Notes under the pieces: generated by a model
Seen by the model: only the letters and a program-made list of their open reading frames with translations
Database searches by the model: none
Told to the model about the DNA's origin: nothing
Assembly: GCA_965116885.1 (NCBI GenBank)
Contig: OZ220741.1
Location: 864,001-928,000, forward strand
Direction: 5' to 3'
Source of the DNA: Candidatus Latescibacterota bacterium
GTDB lineage: Bacteria; Latescibacterota; UBA2968
Length of the DNA: 64,000 nucleotides
In this document: positions 49,688-59,913 of the stretch, piece after piece
Layout of the letters: each line of letters begins with the position of its first letter
Position numbering within the stretch: position 1 is the first letter of the stretch
Program-made: the position numbers and the translations under genes

Positions 49688-50968
49688 TTAAAATTTCGAA
49701 CCACAAAAAAACACGCGATTATTGATCACCTCGCCTGTCTCTTTATCCGGATAACGGGACTCCCCATCAAAAAAGACAAAAGGCGGGTATTGCCCTGCGG
49801 GAATGGTATTGGCGCCTGTAGGACGTTCCAGATTCGCCTCGTTAAAAATCGCATCCTCGGGCAAAGCGAACTGAGTTTTCCAACCCCTATCCCCCTCGTT
49901 CAAAGTCAACCAGACCAGGCGCTTATCCTCTGTCTCCCAGTTCAATCCACGCGTGGGTTTGCCATCATTCCAGCCCTTGCCAAGCGGCTGAAGCTCCAGC
50001 AACGCATAAAGCGTACCCGCTTCATCCACACTAAACGCACCGCGGCACCCCGTCGGCCGGTGGCCTGGAAAACCCGTATCAATGGACTCTCGCTCCCAGG
50101 TGCCCTCTGCATCGAGATAGGCGTGAACGATCTCACCCGGCTCATCCAGATGTGAAACATAGAGAATATGTGGACCCTCAGAAGAAACCACAATACAACC
50201 CTGTGAGAGCACTTCAGGACGGGGCATAGGTTCATGCCGCTCATCCTCCTGAGAACGCGCAAGAACATCGAGCTGCTCGGGCCGTGCTGGCAACTCGATA
50301 CGCGAGCCATCGGCCCTCTCCCACGTCTCGCCACCATCTCGACTACACATATAACACACAGCCTGATGCAACCCGCGCTGATCGCGAATCCCCCTACCCT
50401 CGTAAAAATCGACCACAAGATGAAGAACGCCATCTGAACCGACAGCCATACCAGTCTGGAAAGCACCGTAACCCGTATAATCCTCACGCCGCTTGACCAA
50501 TTTCCCGCGTGCTTCCCAGGCACCATCTCTGCTCTTAGAATAAAAATCCACACCATCCCAGCGATTGGGAGACCGCATAGTTAAAAAAAGCGTATCGTCC
50601 AAACCGCACACAACAACCGGATAGGTCCCCGAACCGGCCGGCTCTCCCTCTGTCCATTCACTCGCATCATTGGGCCGCACCGACCGTCGATATGTCACTG
50701 GCGAATTGTGACCACTCATAATAGCTTGCAAATAGCCCTGGTGGTCAATGGTCATAACCGGACGCGCGTGATTGTCGCGCCCCCTGTTAAAAGTCAACGG
50801 CCTCGACCATTCTCCAGTATCGCGATCAAAAGTGCAAACCCTGTTGAAATAGCCCTCACCTGTAACATCCTGCCAGACCACATGCGTTCTACCCTCGTAC
50901 GTAACAACCTTATTCCCCGCGCCAGAGGTTGCGCGCTCACTGCCAACTTGAGAGATTAATCTGGTCAC
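49688..50968 (-). CDS. BNR-4 repeat (beta-propeller) protein
   Basis: DNHARP..IDHQGYL..MSGHNS; Asp-box SRDGGETW; GGGAG RBS before the GTG start. Confidence 0.8.
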   Translation of the reverse strand: MTRLISQVGSERATSGAGNKVVTYEGRTHVVWQDVTGEGYFNRVCTFDRDTGEWSRPLTFNRGRDNHARPVMTIDHQGYLQAIMSGHNSPVTYRRSVRPNDASEWTEGEPAGSGTYPVVVCGLDDTLFLTMRSPNRWDGVDFYSKSRDGAWEARGKLVKRREDYTGYGAFQTGMAVGSDGVLHLVVDFYEGRGIRDQRGLHQAVCYMCSRDGGETWERADGSRIELPARPEQLDVLARSQEDERHEPMPRPEVLSQGCIVVSSEGPHILYVSHLDEPGEIVHAYLDAEGTWERESIDTGFPGHRPTGCRGAFSVDEAGTLYALLELQPLGKGWNDGKPTRGLNWETEDKRLVWLTLNEGDRGWKTQFALPEDAIFNEANLERPTGANTIPAGQYPPFVFFDGESRYPDKETGEVINNRVFFCGSKF

Positions 50969-51051
50969 ATTGAACTCCCTTTAATTACATCATATCCCAA
51001 ACCGCTCAAAAATCGATCACGGATGAAACGGATGACGCGGAAATACGCGGA

Positions 51052-52077
51052 TTAGAAACTAAACCGCTCAAAAATTAGATACTGATACGAATGTTCTTCC
51101 CCCGCCTCATACAAACACCCAACATCGCCCTCGGGTAACAGAGCCAGACAGGAATACGCTGCCGGACCCTCGTGCAACAGCTTTTCCCGGACCCACGTCT
51201 GCCCGCCATCCTCGCTCAAACGCACAGTCATATTCACGCGCTCGCCTCTTCCCTTCCCCGGAAAAAACCGTTCTCCAGCTTTGGGACTTTCTATCGGCGT
51301 AAGCGACACCGGATTTGAAAAAACCAACCGGTCACCCTCGCCTACCAAACTCGCCTGACATTTCGGACACGGCAAATTCGCATCGTGTACAACCTCCGAC
51401 CAATTGTGTCCCCCATCCCCACTCACCGAAATCCCCCGCAACCCTTCGCTATACGTCTGCATCCGAATATTCATCTTCAACGATCCATCCGCCAATTCCA
51501 CAACCTGACACTCATTCGCACCCGGTGTAATCAACGCACTCATCTGCCACGTCGCCCCGTGATCATCGCTATAAATCGCATGCGAACCATTCCCATAAGT
51601 CTCATCCTCCCGGTGATCGCAAGGAACCACCAGCCGCCCCCTGTGCTCCCCCCGTTGCAATTGAATACCAACACCCGGACCCGTCGCATACCAATTCCAC
51701 GAAGGCTTCTTCACAATCGCAGTAATATCCACAGGATCTGCCCACGTCTTCCCATCATCCCCACTATGCGTAATAAACACATCGTCATTCTCTCGACAAA
51801 ACGGCAACCAGATCACACCTGTATCACCATCCACCACGGGACACGGATTGCCAATCGTCACCTCTCCAGGCTCCCCGTAAATCAACAACTGTTCAGACCA
51901 CGTCTCCCCACCATCCTCCGACCGCTTCACCAGCAAATCGAGATCCCCGTGATCCCCGCGGCCGGTGCGCCGCCCCTCGCAAAACGCCAGCAGTGTTCCC
52001 GCCTTTGTCACCAGCAATGCCGGAATGCGATACGTGTGATACCCATCCTGTCCACTGGTATATACATGTGTCTTCAT
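51052..52077 (-). CDS. Exo-alpha-sialidase (GH33)
   Basis: YRIP; several SxDxGxTW Asp boxes; NECQ; NIR; RVN; AYS. Confidence 0.9.
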   Translation of the reverse strand: MKTHVYTSGQDGYHTYRIPALLVTKAGTLLAFCEGRRTGRGDHGDLDLLVKRSEDGGETWSEQLLIYGEPGEVTIGNPCPVVDGDTGVIWLPFCRENDDVFITHSGDDGKTWADPVDITAIVKKPSWNWYATGPGVGIQLQRGEHRGRLVVPCDHREDETYGNGSHAIYSDDHGATWQMSALITPGANECQVVELADGSLKMNIRMQTYSEGLRGISVSGDGGHNWSEVVHDANLPCPKCQASLVGEGDRLVFSNPVSLTPIESPKAGERFFPGKGRGERVNMTVRLSEDGGQTWVREKLLHEGPAAYSCLALLPEGDVGCLYEAGEEHSYQYLIFERFSF

Positions 52078-52092
52078 AACTCCTCCCTTGTA

Positions 52093-52968
52093 TTATGTCC
52101 CCTCCAAAGGAACCAACCGCAGTGCATTCTCACAATAAATCTTCTCCCTGACATCCCGCGGCAAATCCAACTCCTCCAGATGCACCTGCAACGCATTCCC
52201 CGGAGCATCGCGTCCAAACAGCAAACGATCCTGATACTCAATCAAAAAATCTCGCCCCCCATCATCCATCCGCGTCAACGCATTCAGCCCAGACCCCGCC
52301 GACAAATCCGCCCAGAGATTCGCATATTGTGCAAACAAATCGAACAAACGACCACCCGGCACAATCGGACTCGAAGGATATGTCTCTGGATCCGTCGCCT
52401 CATCCCCACTCACATGCCGCCAAAAACCAGGCGCGTGACCGACAAATATCGTATCTGGACACGCCTGCAACGCCTGTTCCAGCGCGCCAATCTCTCCGCC
52501 ATACCAATACTCCTGATACACCCCATTCAAAAACGGCGTATCAATATGCAAAACCACTGGCGCGCCCAACGCACCCGCCTTGCGAAACAACAAAACCGCA
52601 CGCGGATCATTCAACAACATCCGATAGCTCCACTCTCCACACACCCGAACACCGTGTGAATAATACGCCGCCTCAAAAAGCCCTGCGGCATCGCCCTCCG
52701 ACGGACAGGGACAATATCCCGCCACAAACCGATCGGGATATTTCTCACACGCCCGCGAAAGATCATTCAACGTCGTCCCCGCATGCGTCCCATCGGGCCG
52801 TGCATTCACGGGATTAAACACGCGATGGCTACTCGCCACATGCTCACCCGGCGGCAAATACCACGTAAGCAACCACGCCACATCATACCCGAACTGATCC
52901 ATCTCATTCAACACGCCCTCGGCATTGAGACCGTGATAATAAACGTGATTATGCGCGTCAATAATCAT
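52093..52968 (-). CDS. Amidohydrolase family protein (Amidohydro_2)
   Basis: IDAHNH, VVLH, GH, LLFGRD. Confidence 0.85.
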   Translation of the reverse strand: MIIDAHNHVYYHGLNAEGVLNEMDQFGYDVAWLLTWYLPPGEHVASSHRVFNPVNARPDGTHAGTTLNDLSRACEKYPDRFVAGYCPCPSEGDAAGLFEAAYYSHGVRVCGEWSYRMLLNDPRAVLLFRKAGALGAPVVLHIDTPFLNGVYQEYWYGGEIGALEQALQACPDTIFVGHAPGFWRHVSGDEATDPETYPSSPIVPGGRLFDLFAQYANLWADLSAGSGLNALTRMDDGGRDFLIEYQDRLLFGRDAPGNALQVHLEELDLPRDVREKIYCENALRLVPLEGT

Positions 52969-52998
52969 CGTACAAACCCCCGGATTTCATGATTTTCC

Positions 52999-53027
52999 TT
53001 GACGAAGATTCAATAAAAAAATAGTAT
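52999..53027 (+). promoter_or_regulatory. Sigma70-type promoter of pyrD
   Basis: TTGACG-N17-TAGTAT. Confidence 0.6.
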
Positions 53028-53073
53028 ATAGAACTTGCAGCCACAACGCGAAAGGAATACCCTGCTCCATCAA

Positions 53074-54018
53074 ATGTCCAACTCTACCAAACAATTAGAT
53101 CTCTCGACAAAAATCGCCAAAAAGCTCACGCTCAAAAACCCCGTCATCATGGCATCGGGCACTTTTGGGCACGGCGCCGAATACGCGTCGCTCTTTGACC
53201 TGAGCAAAATCGGTGGCATCGTCACAAAAACCATCACCTATCACCCCCGGGCGGGCAACCCGCCGCCGCGCACAGCCGAAACCCCATCCGGCATGCTCAA
53301 CGCCATTGGCCTGACCAACCCGGGCATCGACGCATTCATCGCCGAAAAAGTCCCACCCCTCGCCGCGCTCAACACGGGACGCATCGTCAGCATAGCGGGA
53401 ACATCGGATCGGGAATTTGCCGACATGGCCGCCCGGTTCAACGACCTCGAAGGCATAGACGCCCTCGAACTCAACATCTCATCGCCCAACATGAAAGACG
53501 GCGGCATGCTCTTTGGCTGTTCCGAACGCGCCGCCCACAACGTAACCCGAGCCGTCAAAGCCGTATCGCAATTGCCCATCATCGTCAAACTCACCCCAAA
53601 CGTAACCGACATCGCCGCCATTGCCGGCGCAGTCGAAGAAGGCGGAGCAGACGGCATCGCCCTCATCAACACCCTGCTGGGCATGGCAATCGACATAGAC
53701 ACGCGACGCCCCATCCTGGGCAATATCACAGGCGGATTATCTGGCCCCGCGATCAAACCCGTCGCCCTCGCCCTGCTCTGGAAAGTCGTCGAACGGGTCT
53801 CTATCCCGGTCATCGGCATGGGTGGCATAGCCACAGCACGCGACGCCATCGAATTTCTCATCATTGGCGCATCCGCCATACAGGTCGGAACCACAACCTT
53901 TGTTCGCCCTCTTGCAGCCCTGGAGATACTCGATGGCATTGCAGACTATTGCAAAACACATGAAATTGACTGCATATCCGACCTTATCGGCAGCATGCAA
54001 CCACCTGCGGCGCATTAA
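53074..54018 (+). CDS. pyrD: Dihydroorotate dehydrogenase, class 1B-like catalytic subunit
   Basis: KNPVIMASGTFG, GNPPPR, MLNAIGL, VKLTPNVTDI, GGLSGPAIKP. Confidence 0.93.
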   Translation: MSNSTKQLDLSTKIAKKLTLKNPVIMASGTFGHGAEYASLFDLSKIGGIVTKTITYHPRAGNPPPRTAETPSGMLNAIGLTNPGIDAFIAEKVPPLAALNTGRIVSIAGTSDREFADMAARFNDLEGIDALELNISSPNMKDGGMLFGCSERAAHNVTRAVKAVSQLPIIVKLTPNVTDIAAIAGAVEEGGADGIALINTLLGMAIDIDTRRPILGNITGGLSGPAIKPVALALLWKVVERVSIPVIGMGGIATARDAIEFLIIGASAIQVGTTTFVRPLAALEILDGIADYCKTHEIDCISDLIGSMQPPAAH

Positions 54019-54439
54019 AATCTCCCACTTACTCTGCATCCTCCTCTGCGTCTCTATCATGGGATGCGCCTCGCATCCCCGCTATCGCGGCAAACCCATT
54101 AAAGACAAACCCAAACCCTCCAAAACAGCCGCTGCCCCCAAATACCGATCATCTCAAATAGGCTACACATCTTACTACGCGCACAAATTTCACGGACGGC
54201 CAACAGCCAGCGGTGAAATCTACGACATGAACGGCCTATCCGCCGCACACCGCGAACTGCCCCTCGGCACCATCATTCGCGTCACGCATCTAAGCAACGG
54301 CAAATCCGTCGTCGTCAAAGTAAATGACCGCGGACCCTTTGTTGACGGACGCATCCTCGACCTCTCCCTCGGCGCAGCCAAAAAACTCGACATGGTCAAT
54401 GAAGGCGTTGCCAGAGTCAAGATAGAAATCGTCAAATAG
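53960..54439 (+). CDS. rlpA: Septal ring lytic transglycosylase RlpA family lipoprotein (start uncertain: ATG 53960 or CTG 54005)
   Basis: Lipobox IMGC; FHGRPTASGE, AAHRELP, NDRGPF, ILDLS. Confidence 0.88.
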   Translation: MKLTAYPTLSAACNHLRRIKISHLLCILLCVSIMGCASHPRYRGKPIKDKPKPSKTAAAPKYRSSQIGYTSYYAHKFHGRPTASGEIYDMNGLSAAHRELPLGTIIRVTHLSNGKSVVVKVNDRGPFVDGRILDLSLGAAKKLDMVNEGVARVKIEIVK

Positions 54440-54445
54440 GATAAT

Positions 54446-54826
54446 ATGATGAAATGGAAAGAATGGCAAACTGCAGCAGACGATGAAACTCTGTGGATAG
54501 ATAATAAAGAAAAAGGGCTACTCAAAGCCGAATATCTGACCGCTCACGTCTTGCGCCTCTGGTTTGAAGAAGACCTCGACATCTCCATTTACGATCTGGA
54601 TTTTTATCCGCTCTTTGTTGAAGAAAATCCAGGAGGCGTTTTTGAATTGCTACGCAATAAGGAGCGATTTCGTCAGGCGATTGGCGACTATGCCTTGATT
54701 TGGCCCAATCCCGAAACAGGTGAATATGACGAACAAGCCATTGATCTTGCTCCCGAATGTGTGCGATTCTTTTGTGAACGTTTTGGCAAAATTGTAAAAG
54801 GTCTCCAGAAGGAACAGGTCGCCTGA
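54446..54826 (+). CDS. DUF2442-like protein
   Basis: LRLWFE...GVFELLRNKERF...LIWPN...IDLAPE pattern. Confidence 0.65.
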   Translation: MMKWKEWQTAADDETLWIDNKEKGLLKAEYLTAHVLRLWFEEDLDISIYDLDFYPLFVEENPGGVFELLRNKERFRQAIGDYALIWPNPETGEYDEQAIDLAPECVRFFCERFGKIVKGLQKEQVA

Positions 54827-54852
54827 TACTATTTTAACAAATCCATTCCCTC

Positions 54853-55884
54853 CTATTCCTCCCCTCCCTCCCCATCCCAATCCTCATACATATCCGCGAT
54901 CACATCGTCAATCGGAGCCCGGTGTGTTTCCACATCGCGAATAGTCGTTTGCTCTGCCGCTTCATCGAGCAATGTCGGTATCGATAGTTGTGCCGCATCA
55001 AACGTAAAGTGATGGCGATTGCCTTCGCTCTCGACAAATTGAACGCCTGAAAGTTGTGGCGGAGATGTATCCGAAGTCTCAATAATAAGATGCCTGCGGT
55101 CGCCAAATTGACCGCGCAACGCCTGAAAATCCCCATCAAACGCGATATTCCCCTTATCGATCATCACAATGCGCCCCGCGAGTTGCTCCAGCTCATCCAT
55201 ATCGTGGCTCGTGATCATAACCGTAACGCCCTTTTCCCGATTGAGATTCTTGATAAACGCCAGCATATTGCGTTTGGCAAGCACATCAACCCCAATAGTA
55301 GGCTCGTCCAAAAAAAGAATCTCAGGCTCGTGCATAAGCATAAGCGCGAGATCCGCCCGCATCTTTTGCCCCAAACTGAGTTGACGCGCGAGACTATTGA
55401 AAAACTCGTCAATCCCCAGAAGATCCTTCACAAAATCGAGCATAGCATCATACCGGTCCCGGGGAATATCCCACACCACGCGCTTCCACTCAAAACTCGC
55501 CGCCACGGGCTGATCCCACCACAACTCTGTCCGCTGGCCAAAAACCACACCAATGCGCCCGACATAATGCACGCGATCCTTCAGAGGATCCATACCCAGA
55601 CAGCGAACCGTTCCAGACGTCGGTGCAAGAACACTGGAAAGCAGCTTAACAGTCGTAGATTTTCCCGCACCATTGGGACCTGCATAGGCGACAATCTCGC
55701 CGCGGTGAATCTCGAGATTCACCTTCTGCAACGCCCGAATCTCCCGGACATTGGGCCGAAACAAATTCTTGAAAACATCCCGAACCTTCTCCGACCGCTG
55801 GCGCTGGTAAAAAATCTTATCGACCTCGGTCAGTTCAACCGCGATGTCCGAAACCGAGGTAGCGCTGTGACCCGGTCTGTGCAT
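54853..55884 (-). CDS. ABC-2 type exporter ATP-binding protein
   Basis: GPNGAGKST, GVVFGQRTELWWD, LSLGQKMR, FLDEPT, TSHD; start uncertain. Confidence 0.9.
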   Translation of the reverse strand: MHRPGHSATSVSDIAVELTEVDKIFYQRQRSEKVRDVFKNLFRPNVREIRALQKVNLEIHRGEIVAYAGPNGAGKSTTVKLLSSVLAPTSGTVRCLGMDPLKDRVHYVGRIGVVFGQRTELWWDQPVAASFEWKRVVWDIPRDRYDAMLDFVKDLLGIDEFFNSLARQLSLGQKMRADLALMLMHEPEILFLDEPTIGVDVLAKRNMLAFIKNLNREKGVTVMITSHDMDELEQLAGRIVMIDKGNIAFDGDFQALRGQFGDRRHLIIETSDTSPPQLSGVQFVESEGNRHHFTFDAAQLSIPTLLDEAAEQTTIRDVETHRAPIDDVIADMYEDWDGEGGEE

Positions 55885-56677
55885 AGTGCTGCATTCCTTT
55901 TTTAAACAAAATCCACGCAATAAGAGAGAAAACAATAGCGACAAGCGGCGTATGCCACAGACTCGCTGGCGCAATACCGAGCAACTGGCGGCAGGGATAC
56001 CACGCGACAAAACCCACGGGCAAAACAGTAAGCATACTGACAAGCACATAGCTGCTCAGCCCATCCAGTGGAAACGACTTGAGTTGGAACATAAAATTGA
56101 CCGCGCGGCTGCTGATCTCCTCAGCCGCAACCGGTGCCCAAAAAGCCAGACTCCCCCACGCAAAAGAAAAAGATAGCACAATCGCGCAGGAAGACGCGAG
56201 ATTGCAAAAAAACATAAACCACCAGTACAGCGGAAACACCGCATCAATCTGAAAAATAGCCCAGGTCCAAATACCAATCCCCGTCAACAAAGACCACGAC
56301 CCGGAAAAAGGCATAAAACCCTCGGTCAGCAGCCCCATCCACACCGGCTGGGGTTGCACCAGCGTGTGATCCATCTGACCGCGTCCAATGCGACGGCTGA
56401 TATGCAGAACATTATAGCTAAACCCCATATCTAAAAACCCGCGAACAAGCGCGGCATAACCCAGCATAAAAACAATCTGATCCCGCGACCACAGGCCAAT
56501 ACCTTCAAACCGCTCAGCCAGAAGAAAAACCGCTGTAACACCCGCGAGATTGAGAATAATATCGGAAACAATATTAATGAAAAAAAACCGAAAATCCCGC
56601 GTCATCCACATAAAATCCAGATAAGCCTGCACCCGCCAGCGGGCGAAAAGTGTTGTCAAAGTCTTCAGGATATTCAC
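55835..56677 (-). CDS. ABC-2 family permease (DUF990)
   Basis: Six TM segments; IGRGQMDHTLVQP; C-terminal YAQTGS. Confidence 0.85.
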   Translation of the reverse strand: MNILKTLTTLFARWRVQAYLDFMWMTRDFRFFFINIVSDIILNLAGVTAVFLLAERFEGIGLWSRDQIVFMLGYAALVRGFLDMGFSYNVLHISRRIGRGQMDHTLVQPQPVWMGLLTEGFMPFSGSWSLLTGIGIWTWAIFQIDAVFPLYWWFMFFCNLASSCAIVLSFSFAWGSLAFWAPVAAEEISSRAVNFMFQLKSFPLDGLSSYVLVSMLTVLPVGFVAWYPCRQLLGIAPASLWHTPLVAIVFSLIAWILFKKGMQHYAQTGSQRYLGFGHRG

Positions 56678-57474
56678 CCCCCATGCGAAACCAGACGTTC
56701 GCGATTGGCATTCCAGAGCCAGTGCGCGACGGGCCAGAGCACAACAGCCCAGACAGCTTGAAGACCGATGAGAAAAACGGGATCCCCCGTACCCGTATAA
56801 ATGCGCAAAGGCGCAGAAGCCAGCGAAGCAAAAGGCAAAAAAGTCAGGACATCTCCAATACCCCAGGGCATCAGCGCAAGAGGAATAATTGCGCCCGACA
56901 ACAAAACACTCACCGCATCTCGAATCTGCGTCAAAGCATAGACATGTTGCTCCAGCAAAACCATAAAACTCGCAAAAATGAAATCAAACGCCGCGCCGAT
57001 GGCAATACCCAGAACCAGACTACACATAAACAAAACACCGGCAGCCGCGCTCTCCGGCAATGGATCGACCCCCAGAAGGGGCGCCAAACAAAAAAGCGGC
57101 ACAGAAAACAAAATGAGATTGGGCAAACCCGAGCCAAACATCTCCGCGATAAACTGACCGTAAATACCCACCGGGCGCAAAAAGCGATTGGCAATATCCC
57201 CGCGCCAGAGCGCCCCATCCAGACCTGTACGCACAGAAATCTGCCCGGCAAAAACCTCTGCAATCAGCGTATAGGTAAGCACCGCATTGCGCGTCATCCC
57301 GGAAACCTCCCCGGACTCTGGCAACAACATCCGCCACAGAGAAAGCAGAAACACCACGCGCAACAGACGCAAAGCAGAGCCACCCACAAGAACCCACCCC
57401 TTGTCATCCAGGGACCGGGTGGCAACCATGATAATCGTCTTGAGATGTTTATGGGGTGTAATGAACATCATCAT
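56674..57474 (-). CDS. ABC-2 family permease (DUF990)
   Basis: GDIANRFLRP, LLSGAIIPL, LPF, C-terminal HGG; ATGA overlap with the hemY stop. Confidence 0.85.
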   Translation of the reverse strand: MMMFITPHKHLKTIIMVATRSLDDKGWVLVGGSALRLLRVVFLLSLWRMLLPESGEVSGMTRNAVLTYTLIAEVFAGQISVRTGLDGALWRGDIANRFLRPVGIYGQFIAEMFGSGLPNLILFSVPLFCLAPLLGVDPLPESAAAGVLFMCSLVLGIAIGAAFDFIFASFMVLLEQHVYALTQIRDAVSVLLSGAIIPLALMPWGIGDVLTFLPFASLASAPLRIYTGTGDPVFLIGLQAVWAVVLWPVAHWLWNANRERLVSHGG

Positions 57475-58841
57475 AGAATCCGATCCACGGTATCCACCGC
57501 CTGCACAACACAATCGGGAATCGCCGACCCGCGATACGCACTCCCCGTCAAAAACAATCCGCCCACCTGCGTGGCGAGACGCTCCATTTCAGCCACCCGC
57601 TCCAGATGCCCCACATCGAACTGAGGGCGCCCTCTTCTCCAGCGAAAAACGCGCGCAAACAGCGGATCAGCCGTCACCCCCATCAACTCTTTCAACTCCT
57701 CGCGCGACAGTGCAATCAGCGCCTCATCATCCAGATCCACCAGATCTTCCCGCCCTGATCCCCCCACAAATGTACGCACCAGAACCCCATCGTCCGGCGC
57801 GCGAAAATCCAGCTTCGTCGAAACCCATGTACACGCCGTAATCCGCCGCCCCTCGTGTTTCGGCGACAAAAAACCAAACCCCTCAAAATCGTGCTGCCCC
57901 TCAACATCCTCCTTCCGATACGCCAGCGAAACCGTCGCCGTTGAAACATAGCGAATACCGCGCAACAAAAGACTCAAATCCGGCGCAAAATCCGCCACCA
58001 GATCAGCGGACACATAAGCCGGCGTCGCCATCACCACGGCATCTGTCCCGATCACCTCCTCCCCTGCAACCACCTCAAATCCCCCACCCACCTTTCTAAC
58101 AGACCCAACCGCAACCCCCCGGCGCAAATCCCCATCCAAACGCGCGACCAGAGCATCGACCATCTCCCCCATCCCCCCAACCAGCGTCTGAAACATCGCA
58201 GTCCCCGTAGATGCGCGCACCTTCCTCATCGCCCGCACCCCCTTAATCAAACTCCCATAGCGTTGCTCCATCGCCACATACATCGGAAACGCGCACAGCA
58301 TACTCAAGCGCTCTGCATCTGCACTGTGGATACCCGCCAGCATCGCCCCGCCAATATTCACAGCCTCCCTGCCCAAACGCCGCCGAATAAAACTCGCCAG
58401 ACTCTCATCGCCCTCGTCCCTCCGCCGAGGAACAAACACCTCCAGCCCCATCCTCACCTTTCCAGAAAACGAAAACAGTGGCGACCTCACAAGAGGCCAG
58501 AACCTCGAAGGCACCAGCGAAAAATCCTCCGGAAAAGCCACCAACTTCCCATCCCGCACCAAAAACGTCCGCTGCCGATCATTATTCGTCGAAATCAACC
58601 GATCCGCCAGCCCCAGATCCACACACAACTGAATCCCCGCGGGCTTTTGCGTCAGCAGCAAATCCGGACCCCCCTCAATCAAAAAACCATCCACCGACTC
58701 CGTCGCAATCATCCCGCCCCATCGGTCACTGCGCTCCAGCAACACATACTGGATCTCCCGACCTTGTTCTCGCGCTCTTTTTTCCAAATAAAAAGCGGTC
58801 GCAAGACCCGCTATGCCACCGCCAATAATAGTTATATGCAT
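57471..58841 (-). CDS. hemY: FAD-dependent protoporphyrinogen/coproporphyrinogen oxidase (HemY type)
   Basis: IIGGGIAGL, IEGGPD, GFGFL, PQFDVGH, GSAYRG..IPDCV. Confidence 0.92.
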   Translation of the reverse strand: MHITIIGGGIAGLATAFYLEKRAREQGREIQYVLLERSDRWGGMIATESVDGFLIEGGPDLLLTQKPAGIQLCVDLGLADRLISTNNDRQRTFLVRDGKLVAFPEDFSLVPSRFWPLVRSPLFSFSGKVRMGLEVFVPRRRDEGDESLASFIRRRLGREAVNIGGAMLAGIHSADAERLSMLCAFPMYVAMEQRYGSLIKGVRAMRKVRASTGTAMFQTLVGGMGEMVDALVARLDGDLRRGVAVGSVRKVGGGFEVVAGEEVIGTDAVVMATPAYVSADLVADFAPDLSLLLRGIRYVSTATVSLAYRKEDVEGQHDFEGFGFLSPKHEGRRITACTWVSTKLDFRAPDDGVLVRTFVGGSGREDLVDLDDEALIALSREELKELMGVTADPLFARVFRWRRGRPQFDVGHLERVAEMERLATQVGGLFLTGSAYRGSAIPDCVVQAVDTVDRIL

Positions 58842-58853
58842 ATCGCTATCAAC

Positions 58854-58964
58854 GGGCGACCACAGGGGGTCGCCCCTACAAAACGGATTAAAATATCACC
58901 GTAGGGGACGGCCCCTGTGCCGTCCCGACCTCCTCCAGCGGGCAACCACAGGGGTCGCCCCTAC
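58854..58964. repeat. Cluster of three GTAG-REP hairpins inside the hem operon
   Basis: GGGCGACCACAGGGGGTCGCCCCTAC, GTAGGGGACGGCCCCTGTGCCGTCCC, GGGCAACCACAGGGGTCGCCCCTAC. Confidence 0.88.
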
Positions 58965-58974
58965 ACATCTGCGT

Positions 58975-59913
58975 TCATCTGCGGATCACACTTTCCACCG
59001 CATCTGCAACCGCCTCGATAAACACGGGATCGCTATTCATCATCTCTGTGCGTTCCAGGCGAATCCCGCATTTTTGTGCAATCTCCTGGCAACCGATATC
59101 AATATCGTAAAGCACCTCGACGTGATCGCACACAAAACCAATAGGCGCAACCAGAACATCGCGATAATTGCCAGAAGCCAGTGCCGGAATCACATCTTCA
59201 ATCTGCGGACCCAACCAGGGCTCGCCCGTATGTGCCGCACTCTGATATGAAAACATCCAATCCACCGGACCCAATCGATCCACAATCGCCTGTGCATTGC
59301 GCTTTAATTCATCGTCATAGGGATCGCCCATCTTCAACAACCGCGCCGGCAAACTATGCGCCGAAAAAACCACCTTTGCCTTCCGCCTCACATCCTCCGA
59401 AAACTTCTCCAACCCCGCCCGTACCTTTGCCGCCTGCGCCTCGATCAACCGGGGCTGATCGCACCACGAATTGACATAGACAAACTCAATATCACTCCCC
59501 ACCTCTTCCTGCGCATCCTCGACCTTCTGCTGATACAGCCCAATACTCATCCGCGAATAATGCGGCGCCATCACAATGCCCACAGCCTTCTCAACACCAT
59601 CCGCCTGCATCTTCGCCACCGCCTCCACAATCCGCGGCTTCCAGTGACGCATCCCCGTATAAGCCTTCACATCCCGCCCGCGCTTCTTCAACACCGCCTC
59701 GACATGCCCTGCCTGCTCAAACGTGCGGTCATTCAGCGGCGACTTGCCACCAATCTGCGCGTAGCGACTGCGAAACTCCGCCACAAATTTTGGCGACATC
59801 GGCCTCCCACCCCGAATATCGCTCAAATAAGCCGCCATATCATCCAGCGAATCGGGACTGCCATAAGCCATTAAAAGCACGCCAATTATTTTCTCATCGC
59901 GCCGTATATTCAT
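58975..59913 (-). CDS. hemH: Ferrochelatase
   Basis: LLMAYGSP, GGKSPL, FSAHSLP, YQS...EPWLGP, GFVCDHVEVLYDID. Confidence 0.95.
   Translation of the reverse strand: MNIRRDEKIIGVLLMAYGSPDSLDDMAAYLSDIRGGRPMSPKFVAEFRSRYAQIGGKSPLNDRTFEQAGHVEAVLKKRGRDVKAYTGMRHWKPRIVEAVAKMQADGVEKAVGIVMAPHYSRMSIGLYQQKVEDAQEEVGSDIEFVYVNSWCDQPRLIEAQAAKVRAGLEKFSEDVRRKAKVVFSAHSLPARLLKMGDPYDDELKRNAQAIVDRLGPVDWMFSYQSAAHTGEPWLGPQIEDVIPALASGNYRDVLVAPIGFVCDHVEVLYDIDIGCQEIAQKCGIRLERTEMMNSDPVFIEAVADAVESVIRR

Noticed and set aside
51385..52659. 424-aa plus-strand ORF and similar long antisense ORFs (47171-48220, 55054-55905, 56650-57624)
   Set aside because: Shadows of well-supported genes on the opposite strand; low-complexity composition and no motifs
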